DNA from: Raillietiella orientalis
Taxonomy: Eukaryota
Length of the DNA: 64,000 bases
Assembly: GCA_036172245.1 (NCBI GenBank)
Contig: JAYWIR010000042.1
Span: forward strand, 1,240,001-1,304,000
Direction: 5' to 3'
Shown here: one piece after another, positions 1 to 11,879 of the stretch
Numbering within the stretch: the stretch's first letter is position 1
Layout: each line of letters starts with the position of its first letter
Notes under the pieces: model-generated
The model's database searches: none
Told to the model about the DNA's origin: nothing
The model's input: only the letters and a program-made list of their open reading frames with translations
Translations under genes and position numbers: made by a program

Positions 1-365
1 GAAGCGGGTGGATCGATACCTCTCCAGAGTGTCCAGAAGCGCGCTGATCCCTTCGGAGAGCGACCCTTCAGAGAAAATCGGAAACATCCCTTCGGGGTTC
101 TCTTCAGAGTAGGAAACAGGGAGAAGACCCTTTCCGGGTTTCCCCTCCGGAGAAGAAATGACGAATCCGCTCTGGGAATTCGCTCCGGACCCCCACAATG
201 CAGCGTGAGAGGCAAAGAACTCTTCCCTCTTGGAGCCTTCCTGCGTTCATAGGGTGATCCCCTATGACTTGGAGAGCGAACATGCACCCTCGGGCGGCGT
301 GGAACAGTGTCGACGAGCTGCGTGAGCCCCTAGGCGGACGGTTCCTCAGTGCTTGTCGAATCGAG
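1..365 (+). mobile_element. 3' part of a tRNA-headed SINE-like repeat (copy A; 5' end lies outside the window)
   Basis: Colinear with the reverse complement of about 38050-38493. Shared blocks include GGTGGATCGATACCTCTCCAGAGTGTC, CCCTTCAGAGAAA, GGGGTTCTCTTCAGAG, CCTCCGGAGAAGAAA and TTCATAGGGTG. An A/CA-rich tract follows. Confidence 0.7.
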
Positions 366-474
366 AAAAAGGCAAACCCGAAAAAAACACACACACGCAC
401 ACTGGGAGGAAAACAGCGAAATAGAAGAACTCAAAGTGATCTCCGTCGTCTGCTGAGGATGTGACCCATCTTCG

Positions 475-511
475 GACGCTTCTCTGCCTTTTGGCTAAGA
501 TCAAAGTGCAG
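475..511 (+). pseudogene. 3'-truncated U2 snRNA fragment (U2 nt ~1-37)
   Basis: GACGCTTCTCTGCCTTTTGGCTAAGATCAAAGTGCAG matches the invertebrate-type U2 5' end ATCGCTTCTCGGCCTTTTGGCTAAGATCAAAGTGTAG at 33/37 by eye. Clear similarity stops at the branch-point recognition sequence. Confidence 0.85.
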
Positions 512-699
512 GAAGTGGTGTGCTCGAGCATGCAGCATTCCAGGGACATCTACTGGAAACGTCGGATAAGTTGCAGCCTGTAACGAAAAGACCACTGAAA
601 GATCGCAGATGTTGAAGAGAATGGCCGGGAGGAGGAGCGACAGGAACTCTCTGCTTGTTTGTACCTCCCCGCGCGTACGTTGCTATGTGCATGCACTAA

Positions 700-1000
700 A
701 GTGTAGTCAAGGATTTCACTAAGTACACCTAAACATAAAAGGACATGCTGTTGCCATCTGGGAAGACTTGCGCTACGGCTTTCGCACCGCAGAGATGCCT
801 CGCTGTTGCCTAAATTTACGGGGACGCGCATGGAGCTGCTGCACGAGAAACCAGGACTCCTCTGCAGCACGGGTTTCGTGTTCCCGGAAGGACGACACTA
901 TCGATGCCACCTCATGCCTTCATCGTGTTCCCAGTGGAATTTAGGATCCCAGACCACCTTCCTCCAATCGTATCCTTTGACTGAAGCCCTGCTTCTCATT
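700..1000 (-). mobile_element. Decayed Tc1-like transposase fragment
   Basis: Minus-strand YDWRKVVWDPKFHWEHDEG resembles Tc1 DWxxVxWSDESKFNLxGSDG. Downstream GFSCSS...GNSEA and WQQH resemble later Tc1 motifs. Confidence 0.35.
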
Positions 1001-1089
1001 TTGTTCCTCACGCAGCTCGGTTGTAAAAAAGAGAGAGGATGAGGGGGGAAGGAAGAGAGAGAGGAGAGCTGTGGTACTCTGCAAAACAA

Positions 1090-1480
1090 GACGATCCGAT
1101 GCATCTGTTTTGCTTTTATCATTGTCTTTGGTTCCGTTCTCCGCAAGGAGCTGACAGTGATCAGCGGTCTTATCTTACCGAACGCTCACGAAAGCGAAAC
1201 AGTCGCACCATCCCTTCCAGCTGTCTTTAGGATGATCTCTGGGCACGTCTTTACGTCCCAGCAGCTGAAAATTTCTGGCACTGTGGAAGAAAAAAAGCTG
1301 CTTGATTGGAGAATCTTAGCGATATTTGGAATTTGCACCGACATCTTAAGAAGGAGAAGCAAAAAAACGAAACAAAACAGTTTGCTCCCGACTGCAGGGC
1401 TGTGCCAAAGGCGCGATTTCTTTGAAGAAAGTCGAGGAGACCAACTGGAAGTCATCTGCTGGCTTGGAGGCCTTGAAGAC
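1090..1480 (+). mobile_element. Decayed Tc1-like transposase C-terminal fragment
   Basis: KKLLDW...ICTDILRRR...EESRGDQLEVICWLGG parallels Tc1 LLDWP(SPDLNPIEN)xWxILKRR...VESMPxRxxAVIxAKGG; the SPDLNPIE motif is lost. Confidence 0.4.
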
Positions 1481-1850
1481 AAGCGCTACTTGCCATGGAA
1501 ACGCTGCAGCTTTTACCGGTGCGCTGAGCTCTCGAGCTTGCCTTTCCGTTTCGTTCTCTTGAATTTCCCTGTTTCGGAGTGAACAGCGTTGAAGAGCAGC
1601 TGGACTACTGCCACTTGCTGCAGAAGTCCTCCGCGGCGAAGAGTCGGAGGTTGCTGCGGTTGCTTGTGAGTGCAAGATCAGTCACCGGTGCCGTCAAGCA
1701 GGCGAGTCTCTCAATGCACAACGAACTTCCGTTTACGGGACAGCACTTTCTCAGGCGAGCGTTACCGGCCTTTGAGCTTCGCGCAAATTCTTATGCAGCA
1801 GCCGCTCGGTGCGTCTCCCCCTCCCACCCCCTTCCCCGAAGAACTCGCAA

Positions 1851-3047
1851 TCCCTTCTTCATCTTAATGGGAACGGGATGTCCTGCCGTTTCTGCACTGG
1901 CGGGATTCGGGTGCGAAGCAGCGCAGGCGCTTGGTCTCCGGGGGGGAGATGCGTCTCCGAACTGTGCCGAGGGCGGGTCGGCGGAATCGCTCCCGCACCG
2001 GCATCTCGACAGCGGCGCCGCCCACCTCGGACCGTGGCGAAGGGTGGACTTTGGCGCTCCTCCAGAGACGGGAGGGCGCCGTCCGCGCCGTCCTGCCGCG
2101 GCGGTTCTTCGCGCGCGGAGCCCACCCTCTCGCTTGGTGCAGAGATGGCGACGACGTGTTGCGCCCGCGCCATCGTTGCGGCCCCCGCCGCGAGCTGGAG
2201 GCGCATGACGGAGGCGAACGGAGGTCACGCCCGCGTGGCAGCCGACGCCTTCATGAGGACGGCTGCGAGGTGGTCCCACCTGGAAGAGGAAGTCCAGGAG
2301 GAGATCGCCGGCGGCTCGAAAGGAAGGAACGACCGCCGACACCGGTAACCTGTCCTGTGCTCATCGGGGGTCCGTGACCCTGTCCTCATTCATTCATTAT
2401 CATGTCCCCTCCCACCCGTTTAAGACTCTTCCCGGGTGTTGCTTTTTCCTTTCTAGAAGGAACGAGACGGGCGATTTTGCACTGGGGAGATTCCGGCACA
2501 ACCAGCGCAGGCGCCTGGATCCCGGGTTGGACCTGCACCCCCGACCTGTTCCAGGATCCAGGCTGGCGTCTCTTCCTCGCGCAAGGCGGGCTGACGGAGG
2601 GCGCCGCGAGCGAGACGAGACGCCGCATCTGCGCGCACCGCCATCCCAGCCCGCCATCCCCCATAGCGTCTCGTTCGCAGCGAAGGAAGGCCTCCCGGAT
2701 GGCAGCCGCCTTGACGAGGACGGCTTCAAGGTGGCCTCACCTTGCTGCTGACCCGGTGTCATCTCGCAGAAGAGGTCATCAGTGAGATAGCCACCATACA
2801 CAGCCGCTTCTAGGAAGAAAGCGACGAATCAAACCAAAGAGCCCTGTTCCCACCCTTCCATCTTTTTTTTACATATTTATTGTCCCTCCCCTCCCACTTC
2901 CGATTCCCATGGAAGCCGGCCTGCGAGCTGGTGGACATCCCCAGTGAGCTTTTATTTTTTTCTTCATTTTCTTTAACATTTCTTGTAATTAGGGTACGCT
3001 GCTCTCCTCTGACTTGTGCTTTTTTTTTTTTTTTAAATAAGCGTCCC
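1851..3047 (+). repeat. Left arm of 1197-bp inverted repeat
   Basis: Direct sequence comparison; mirrored ORF translations on opposite strands (e.g. 2374..2751+ equals 5718..6095-). Confidence 0.98.
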
Positions 3048-3679
3048 TGCGGGACCGGTCACAAGCCAAAATCGTTTTCTGCATAACAGTCGCGTCCCGG
3101 ATCAGTCTTAGTTTTTCCGAATGTTGGTGCATTTTTCACAGTTCTGCTCTCCCATTCTATGTCACATAGATCACCCCAACATAATGAAACGAAGTGATGC
3201 GAGCAGATGAGGCAACAGCCAACAAAGAGAAGGGTAAATGACGAAGACGTCAATCTGGGGGCCAAGTTCCGAGCAGTTTCGATGTGCTCACGTTGGAACT
3301 TTGAGCGAAGTGCCAGAACTTCCTCGTGTCTTCCTCCCGGCATCTGTAAGCATGAGCCGCTGCTAGAAGCAGGTCCTAAACGCTCCGAGCGTTCCTTCAA
3401 ACGAACTTGTTGCTCATCAGCGTTTGGGCGAGGCGGTTGCGCATCTGTCGTGGTGAGCGCAGGTTCCCTTTGCTTTCTCCCGGTTTCGAAGACCGAGTCG
3501 GAAAGATCAGATAGGATAAGCGGGTGCAAAAGGTCCGCTGGATGAGAGGTCGGGATGGAGCCGGATTCAGAAGGAAAGCACATGATATGTCTTGCATCTC
3601 ATGTGCCATCCCCATTTAACTTCAAACCTTGATGAGGGCGGTCCGAACAAGCTTCACATGACTCCAGTGTCAGCCACAC

Positions 3680-4400
3680 CTCGGGTGAAAACATGCACCA
3701 CATACCTGACTGAGTCTTCTTTGAGGGCATTCTAGATCGACGCGACTTCAGGCCGGTGTGAGGCAAATGCTGGTGTGTACAACGGTGTTCCACGGAGAGT
3801 GTGTATGTACGATGAATTGCTTATGGATTGCTCGTTTCGCCATGACGAAAGCGTTGGTGCAATCCGAGCGGGAGCTGTCCGAAAGAATTTAGCTTTGTCC
3901 GTTCTGGTTCTTAGTACTGCTAAGCAGAGAATGCGAATGGAGAGAGGAGAGTTGAAAGAAAGACAGGAAATCGCGAACCCAAACCCACGAAATTAAAGAA
4001 GTGTTGTATTCTCACACTTTAACATCATCAAGAACTCTTCATCACCATGTGCTTCAGAGGAAAGCCAATGCTAACCTGTGGATCATCCTTTGAATGTGTA
4101 AATGAGTGAACAGCAAGCGAGAGACGATATGCTTGCATTCATTTTTTTTGTTTTTTCAGTCCATCGTGCCAAAGCAAAGATGAGGGGTCTCAGGCATGTC
4201 GGGGACAGTGTATAGCATTCCCTAACATCTTTTCTGCGCATTGCGTTACTTTGACGGAAAAGAAGATTGCATCATAATCTCGAGCATTCTCCGCTAATAA
4301 AACTGCATCATGGAATGCTGCTAAGCAACGTGCATGATGGTAGGAGCATCTTTTAAATTCTGGTTGCCTTTCAAGACAAATTCTGCAGCTTTTTCGAGCT
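3680..4400 (-). pseudogene. Decayed PHD-finger-like coding fragments inside the inverted-repeat spacer
   Basis: Minus strand reads SCRIC...KRCSYHHARCL...HCPRH (about 4190-4400) and SIC...LEC...VCGACFHPRCG (about 3680-3775, with in-frame stops). Cys/His spacing resembles PHD/ePHD fingers. Confidence 0.35.
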
Positions 4401-5421
4401 GGAAAGGACAAGGCACTGTACCTGATCTCGAACAAAGTGAAGATTCATTTATCGATAGGGGCATCGATGGTCAATCGTCAACACTGAGGACGTTGCATGA
4501 TGGGGACCTCTTCTAAAGTGAAATGGACAAAGCAGGAATTCTTCGTTGTCGCCCTGCAGCCATCAAAGCAGGTCCGTGAGGAAGCGCAGTCCTTCCGACC
4601 TTTGGGAACCTGTTTGCTCCTGATTCGAAGCAGCCTTTTCAGGAGAGCCTTAGAAAGCGAGAAATAGTCGGTTGGTAAGAAAAGGAAAGGAACACAGAAA
4701 TGGGGATGATCGCACTCCCGTCCCTGGGGAATTCTCTGAGGAAAAAAAATTCCTGGAAGCGAAGGAAATTCTTAAAAGAAAAAATGTCAAAAGGAAAAAG
4801 TCTTGGGATTTCGCATCCAGGGAAGAGCACAAGGGAACTCCAAGCCACACCGGTCCGGTGAGCGAATTCTCGGAACGAATGGTCTTCATGAAGTTCCGAC
4901 GATGAGGGACCTCACCCCCATCCCAGCGAACCGGTCCAGAGACTAGCTTGTTTTGGTGAGAGAAGCATCTCCGGACTTACTAAATCCCTTGATGACTTTG
5001 CTGAGATGGACGAGAGTGTCGTCTGCTACGGAAAAGCGAGGAGCACATGCTGCCCCCGGCGACGAATTTCTTCCCATCAAGCGACACAGCTCATTCCGTT
5101 CCTTGCGGGTGCCCCTGGGAGACTTCCTCGCTCCGTCCTTGCTGAGTTTTCCTTTCTTATCTCTGTCCTGCACCGTGCTTTCCACTTCCGAGGTCCAGGA
5201 TCTGTCTTCTTGAGTTATCGAGAAACATGAGGTCACGAGGCCTCTTCGATCTCGTGGTTGCCTTCCTACACTTTGACCGAGGCTTCCTCAAACCCTCAGG
5301 AGCGTAGGTTACCAGCAAATAGTGGTGCTGGTTATCCCATTCTGCGAGGGATCTACAAAACAGAAAAACAAGGAAAGAAAAGAAAAATAAAGAATGAAAA
5401 TTGTTTTTATCCGAAGACGAC

Positions 5422-6618
5422 GGGACGCTTATTTAAAAAAAAAAAAAAAGCACAAGTCAGAGGAGAGCAGCGTACCCTAATTACAAGAAATGTTAAAGAA
5501 AATGAAGAAAAAAATAAAAGCTCACTGGGGATGTCCACCAGCTCGCAGGCCGGCTTCCATGGGAATCGGAAGTGGGAGGGGAGGGACAATAAATATGTAA
5601 AAAAAAGATGGAAGGGTGGGAACAGGGCTCTTTGGTTTGATTCGTCGCTTTCTTCCTAGAAGCGGCTGTGTATGGTGGCTATCTCACTGATGACCTCTTC
5701 TGCGAGATGACACCGGGTCAGCAGCAAGGTGAGGCCACCTTGAAGCCGTCCTCGTCAAGGCGGCTGCCATCCGGGAGGCCTTCCTTCGCTGCGAACGAGA
5801 CGCTATGGGGGATGGCGGGCTGGGATGGCGGTGCGCGCAGATGCGGCGTCTCGTCTCGCTCGCGGCGCCCTCCGTCAGCCCGCCTTGCGCGAGGAAGAGA
5901 CGCCAGCCTGGATCCTGGAACAGGTCGGGGGTGCAGGTCCAACCCGGGATCCAGGCGCCTGCGCTGGTTGTGCCGGAATCTCCCCAGTGCAAAATCGCCC
6001 GTCTCGTTCCTTCTAGAAAGGAAAAAGCAACACCCGGGAAGAGTCTTAAACGGGTGGGAGGGGACATGATAATGAATGAATGAGGACAGGGTCACGGACC
6101 CCCGATGAGCACAGGACAGGTTACCGGTGTCGGCGGTCGTTCCTTCCTTTCGAGCCGCCGGCGATCTCCTCCTGGACTTCCTCTTCCAGGTGGGACCACC
6201 TCGCAGCCGTCCTCATGAAGGCGTCGGCTGCCACGCGGGCGTGACCTCCGTTCGCCTCCGTCATGCGCCTCCAGCTCGCGGCGGGGGCCGCAACGATGGC
6301 GCGGGCGCAACACGTCGTCGCCATCTCTGCACCAAGCGAGAGGGTGGGCTCCGCGCGCGAAGAACCGCCGCGGCAGGACGGCGCGGACGGCGCCCTCCCG
6401 TCTCTGGAGGAGCGCCAAAGTCCACCCTTCGCCACGGTCCGAGGTGGGCGGCGCCGCTGTCGAGATGCCGGTGCGGGAGCGATTCCGCCAACCCGCCCTC
6501 GGCACAGTTCGGAGACGCATCTCCCCCCCGGAGACCAAGCGCCTGCGCTGCTTCGCACCCGAATCCCGCCAGTGCAGAAACGGCAGGACATCCCGTTCCC
6601 ATTAAGATGAAGAAGGGA
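5422..6618 (-). repeat. Right arm of 1197-bp inverted repeat
   Basis: Reverse complement of 1851-3047. Confidence 0.98.
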
Positions 6619-6899
6619 TCGCAAGTCACGACTGGGAGACTGACCAAGCCGCTCCACCTAAGGAGTCCCTTCGCCCGAGAGCGAGGCGTGGAGGCGTCCA
6701 CCGACGCGTTCGCCTTGCAGCCGTCCAGGAGTTTCTCGACTCCTGAGATGCTGTGGGAGAACTGCCACCCGGCCAGTTGGCTGCTTTCGTCGCTTGCCCT
6801 GAGGGCAGACAGTGCTGCGGCAAGGGGTGTGACGTGTATCCGGGACCGCTGCGTCCAGTCCTGCAGATCTCGCAGCAGGAATGAAAATGGAAGGTTATT

Positions 6900-8700
6900 T
6901 CCTTTCCGTTGTCTTCCGGTCGAACCATTCCGAAAGAAGCGGGAGTCACTGCTCGGATCCAGCATTCGGATAAGCAGCGTCCTCCGGCATGCATTCGTTT
7001 TATTCTCGCGATCGGCTTCCGTTTTCTTTCGGAGTACGCGCGCGTGTTCCAAGACTCGAAGGAGCCGCCTCCGGAGGAAGCGGACGGCAAGTACCAAGTA
7101 GAAGAACGAAACCTGCGAAATGAGGTTCGGAGCCCTCGTAAACCGAAGATCCTTGCGAAGATTTCCATCCCAGAAATCCGGTATTCAATTTTTGCTGCTG
7201 CCGTTACGGAGGACGGAGAGAAACTGAGGAATGGTGACATGTCGCACTTGCGTTACTCGAACTTGGGTTGGAGACTCAGACGTCAGTGCCTCTCTCGTGG
7301 CTTATTTCAGAATCTCTGTAAGTGCAGCATGAGCTCCATAGAGGTCAGGATAGCTTCCTCACGATAAACGCGGAGCACATTACTCCCAGCGCTGAAAACT
7401 CACGGATGGATTCTAAAACAACCCACAAAGAACAGTGCTCTTAAAATGAACTCATATAGCAGAAGGATCAAAATGTACAAGGGAGAAAAGAAGACAAGGT
7501 CATTGGGACCAAGCGCATGACCTGAAGAATGAATCAGAATTTCTTGTTATTCTGAATTGTGGTCCTCGAACCTCCGTTGTCGCACGGTTGCACATCTTTG
7601 TTTGAGTACGAGTTCTTGTCCTCCCTCATCTCCTAATTTCTGGCTTCGTTCTTGTAAAGCAGTTTCGTTTTAAGAAAGAGGCTCTTTCAGATGCTACCTA
7701 GAGAACTAGAATAGCATCTGAAAGTCCATCCTTTCTCTTTTCCTCTTCAACATCAATCTCGATTGACTCTAGTAGTATCTAAAAAGACAGAGATACGGAT
7801 ATAATACGTAGATATGGCCAACATAACTGATAAGGGAAAGAAGTAAGCAGAATAAGCTGGTAAATAACCTGACTGACTTGACCCAACTTATTCATCTATT
7901 TTTCCTATACATCAACAAATACACAAATTCTCTAGGGACAAGAAGAAACCTCGGATTAATCTGGTAAATTCTCAAGAATTAGATATCCAGCAAGGTCACT
8001 TCTTTTCTTCCTGTTTACCTTTCTTTCAATATTACATGACCGAGTCATCACGTTCTTCAGCACAGTAGGTTTCATATCTTCCGTGGCTCTCCTCAGCGAT
8101 TTCAGCTTCTCTGCTTCTTTAAAGCCAAGTGCACTGAATCCCTGGCTAAGGGAAGCAAAGGAGCTTCTCCTGAGCAGTTAGCGGTCATCCCTCTAGTTCT
8201 GGTTTCTCGGGCAGAAACTTGGGCAGGAAAGACGACTTCCAGTTCAGCTTTGACCTGCAACGAGTCCCTTGCAGCGAAGTAGGTGTTCCTAGCCCAGCCT
8301 TTTCCATCTTCACTCTCTCCCGCTGGATTTTCCTCTTCCGACCGGGAACCAACTCATCGCGGAGAGCTTCCAGAAAGCCGATGAACCAAAAGCAAATTTT
8401 GCCATGTCAGTTTACAGAGCACAGTGAATTTCTCGCCCACGCCATTCCCTCATCCGAACTTCTGCACACGTCTGCTTTAAAAGAGGCCACTGCTACGTGT
8501 GGGGCACCTGGGAGCCACGGAGCCTGGGAACGCTTTACCGTGTCATGCGCCAGTCAAATCAAAGGATGGATCGCCACGCATGATCGTAAAGGAAAGTGCT
8601 CTCCATGCACGTGGATTTGCAAAGATCGTATCGAGATTTAATTGAAGATACGGAGGGTTTCGAAACGCGTGGAGCAGCCTGGGATCAAGGCTTTTTCCGT
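6900..8700 (-). mobile_element. Decayed Ty3/Gypsy pol (RT to integrase)
   Basis: Degenerate motifs in the expected order on the minus strand: LDPRLL, KFAFGSS (~RLPFGL), KLNWKSSF (~KLNxEKCxF), DLYGAHAALTEILK (integrase zinc-binding His region), EIFARIFG (~EIFARFG). Many stops and frameshifts. Confidence 0.4.
7684..7724. other. Hairpin with a perfect 13-bp stem
   Basis: CTTTCAGATGCTA (7684-7696) pairs with TAGCATCTGAAAG (7712-7724); the inner CTAG-AGAA-CTAG can also pair. Confidence 0.8.
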
Positions 8701-9239
8701 TGTGGTACATGAGATCAGAAGAAGGTGATATGCAAACGATCCGCCGGTTGACTGCCAGCTAAAGTGGGATTCTAGATGGGAGCGAAGACACCTGCAAAGC
8801 TGGAGCGTTCCTCTCAGCTCGTGCGAGTTTGGATGTCACGGAACTGCATGTGCAGTTCTTCATCTTGCTTGGATGCTACGGAACACTCCAGCGAACCTTC
8901 CATCCCTTTCATTTGAAATCTTTGCGGAAAGATGGTACTTGAGATGAGCGTCTTTCTGGTCGCACATTGCTGCAAACAACTTTGTCAAGTTAAACAACCA
9001 AATGAGTCTCCCCATGTAAAGAAAGGCAGAAGAATCCTCATCATCAAGCAAACACGCTGAGAAGGATCCTGGCTTCTTAGGAACAGATTCCGCCCATTGC
9101 ATCAAACAGAACGGTGGCAGTAGGTTTGAAGCAATGGCATTCGGAACTGAGAGACATCCTGGGAGCCTGTATGCTCTCTCTTCACCTGTCTTAATAACTG
9201 GTGCTTAGTCATCGCATGCAATGGGTGGGCATGCGATGA

Positions 9240-10500
9240 CTAGGCTTGGAAAGTTTTGGGGAAGAGCGTATCTTTGTAAGGGGGTCGCGATGGAGACCCT
9301 CAAAAGAGATCGACTCGTCGGTGGAAGACAGCGGACGTCGAGTCGTTATTTTTCACATTTCTGCACACACCGAAAGCAGAGAAGCAGAGTCGAATGTCTT
9401 GCCGACCACCTTGTCATCTTTCGCTCGTCACATACCCAAGCCCTGTGCCATCATTGACAGTCATCAACAGTTTGCAGCATGAATCGACTGCCATTCCCCA
9501 TTGTTCGGCCTGAGATCAGAGAAGGTTGCGAAACTTTCAAGGCGGTCCTCATGGGAAAAAAAAAGATAGCTAATCTCCGCTCTCGGCTGTGTGTCTTGGG
9601 CGAGGTTCCATCGATGATCTGGCAGTCGGATGCAATTCTCCTTTACAGAGTGGTACGGTTTCTCTTTTCGGCCTTCTGGCCGAAAGATTAGAGGCTTATA
9701 AGGTGATCAATGGTTTCGAAAATGGGGTTTTCCCGATTTGCAAACAGACTCTGTCAAATCCTGCTTGCGTCTTCGTTAGTCTTCAGGTAAATCCAACAGT
9801 TTAGAGTCCTGATTGGTTTATCCCGGCATGAAGAGCAAATTTGCTTCCTTGGTCCCGTTTCCGAATCCAGGTCGTAATCCTACGCATCCTGCCTTCTGGT
9901 TTCCGTTCCAAAGGTGGGCGAAGTCGGTCTTCGTCGACGATCTCCGGTGCCTACTGCGCTCACAGCTTCCGCCACACATCTGTCCCAGGAAAGTATTACG
10001 GAACTGATTCCACTTCTTTGTTTCGATGGCAGGTGAGACAGCGCAAGAAGAATTTTCGAAACGACCAATTTCAAACTTCAGTGGGTCTTGTAGGGAAGCT
10101 TGAGTCGATCGCGCGAAAACCATCGGAGGAGATCAGCGAGAATGAAATCTAAACAGGGGTTAGTTGGGAAAATGCAAGAAAGTCGAATGGGTTCCCAGAA
10201 AAAGTTGGTCTTCAAGTGACCAAAGCCATTCTCTTGATTGAAGCGCTGTCGTCTGAAGGGGAAAATAAGAAACTTCACGATGAAACAACTCTCTTCTCAC
10301 AAAGTTTTCCTGCGAAAAAAAAAAAAAAAAAAAATTCTTCCTTGTTCCCAGATCGATGGGTTCGGAACCCAGAGGCAAATTTTTGCCTCTGTGTTCTTCT
10401 AGAACAGCTTAATCGCTTTCAGGAGATCTTAAGACACTTGCATTCCTCCAGCTTTGTATCGTCTTCGACCGGGTGGCCTTTCCGTCATCGGTGGGAAAAG
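9240..10500 (-). mobile_element. Decayed hAT (ZMYM1/DUF4371-type) transposase
   Basis: Ordered minus-strand motifs: KNLPLG..GNKEEF (~RQNLPLRG..GNF), FILAD (~FSILADE), LGQMCGG (~GQxYDGA), PLSSTDESISFEGL..LTKIRS (~PVTSxSxERSFSxL..KTYLRS dimerisation domain). Confidence 0.45.
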
Positions 10501-11701
10501 TGTTCAGGTCGGTTATGTGAAGTCTGCGGGCAGGTTCTTAAAGTTTGCTTTCATCGAAAGCCTTTCGGCAAAAAAACAAAACAAAACAAGACAAAACAGG
10601 AAATACGCTTTTCTCCCAAAAGAAAACTGATGGCAGATGAACGCTGATGGCGATTTTCACTCCATCAGCATCCATTCGAAGCCGCAAGGAACGCGAAATC
10701 GGCCGATTTCAACACAGGTAGTCACGAGGCGCCTCAGATTTCAGATGAACACGGAATACCCACGGTGCTGGCAGACCCCAATACTCTTCCCTACCCCCGA
10801 AACTGTTCTCTACCTCACAATCTGTGCGAGATTATCCTCTTCCGAAACGCTGAGAAGACGCACCTGCTGCATTTTTCTTCCGAAATGCAGAAGGATCAAG
10901 ATGGAACTCGTCTGGTTTGTTTGGTGCTCGTGCTGCTGTCAAGCAGAGGAGGGGGGAAAAAATTCTGAATTTAAACAGGAAACCTCCCAAACAACTACTG
11001 GAGCGTGCTTCCCCACTAGGCGTACTCCTAAACCTCTGTAATAGAGCGGAAGCTTCATCCGATGATGCGTGGAAAGCGAAGCCTGAACACTCCTTGACGG
11101 GAGGAATAAATAAGTGAGTGGCTGCCAAAAAAAAAAAAAAAAAAAAAAAAGGAAAAAAAAAAAAGAGCCCCCATTCAGCTGTGGGCTTCTGTAATTGAGA
11201 TGAAGATTACGTGGTCCACTCGCTGTCTGCTGTGGTACTTTTGCTGCCGGCTCGCTACTGTCACCCGCAAACCACCTTTTCCCACAAATAAACGCGACGA
11301 GTGTGGATCAATTTGCTGCAAGCAAACACCCGTTGGTTTCTCGTGGAGCTCTCTTCTTCCGCTACCGTGTCGGGACAAAGAAGGGAAAGCAGCGTGGCGC
11401 AATCTTTGGACAGCAGTCTTCCCGTCGCTGCTACAGCATCCTCCTGTCTCCGTCGACCCATTGTTTTGGCGAGAAGCGTTCCCTTAGCAGCACGCGGCAT
11501 GCGCATTTTTTTTGACCATAGCAACGATTCTAGCAACTGCTGCACTTTGCATCCGAACCTCACTGCAATTAACAACTGCTCGTTTCAGCAGAAAACGTGA
11601 AATCAGAAAGTCTGTATGCGTGTCGCATGCGCCTTTTCGACGCCCCTGGGCCAGCGCCAGAGACCATCAAAGAGTAGGGAAATTCCAGTCCCTAATGCAA
11701 C

Positions 11702-11703
<2 letters not shown>

Positions 11704-11737
<34 letters not shown>
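11704..11737. repeat. (GA)n microsatellite
   Basis: Read directly; a similar tract lies at about 53687-53712. Confidence 0.95.
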
Positions 11738-11740
<3 letters not shown>

Positions 11741-11879
11741 CATACATATGTTATCATCATTCTTTTTGCTTTGCTTTATTTTCAAGGAAAACGGTTGGTT
11801 CAGCCTGCTTGAGAGAGACAGGAAAAAAAAAAAAAAATTGAAATCCAAAATGCTTAGGAAATGCTCCCAGAGGTGATGT

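Larger units (their letters stand above)
1851..6618. mobile_element. 4768-bp unit with 1197-bp terminal inverted repeats and a candidate 6-bp target-site duplication (non-autonomous long-TIR/foldback-like element or recent inverted duplication)
   Basis: 1851-3047 is the reverse complement of 5422-6618 with no net indel; one mismatch seen (1979 C vs 6490 A). TCGCAA flanks both sides (1845-1850 and 6619-6624). Confidence 0.6.

Noticed and set aside
8860..9200. IKTGEE...MQWAESVPKK resembling mariner TGDE..MQW
   Set aside because: Spacing is off and downstream motifs are absent; not called.
9660..9690. TTCTCTTTTCGGCCTTCTGGCCGAAAGATT looks faintly like the U2 5' end
   Set aside because: Needs several indels and mismatches, and lies inside the hAT remnant.
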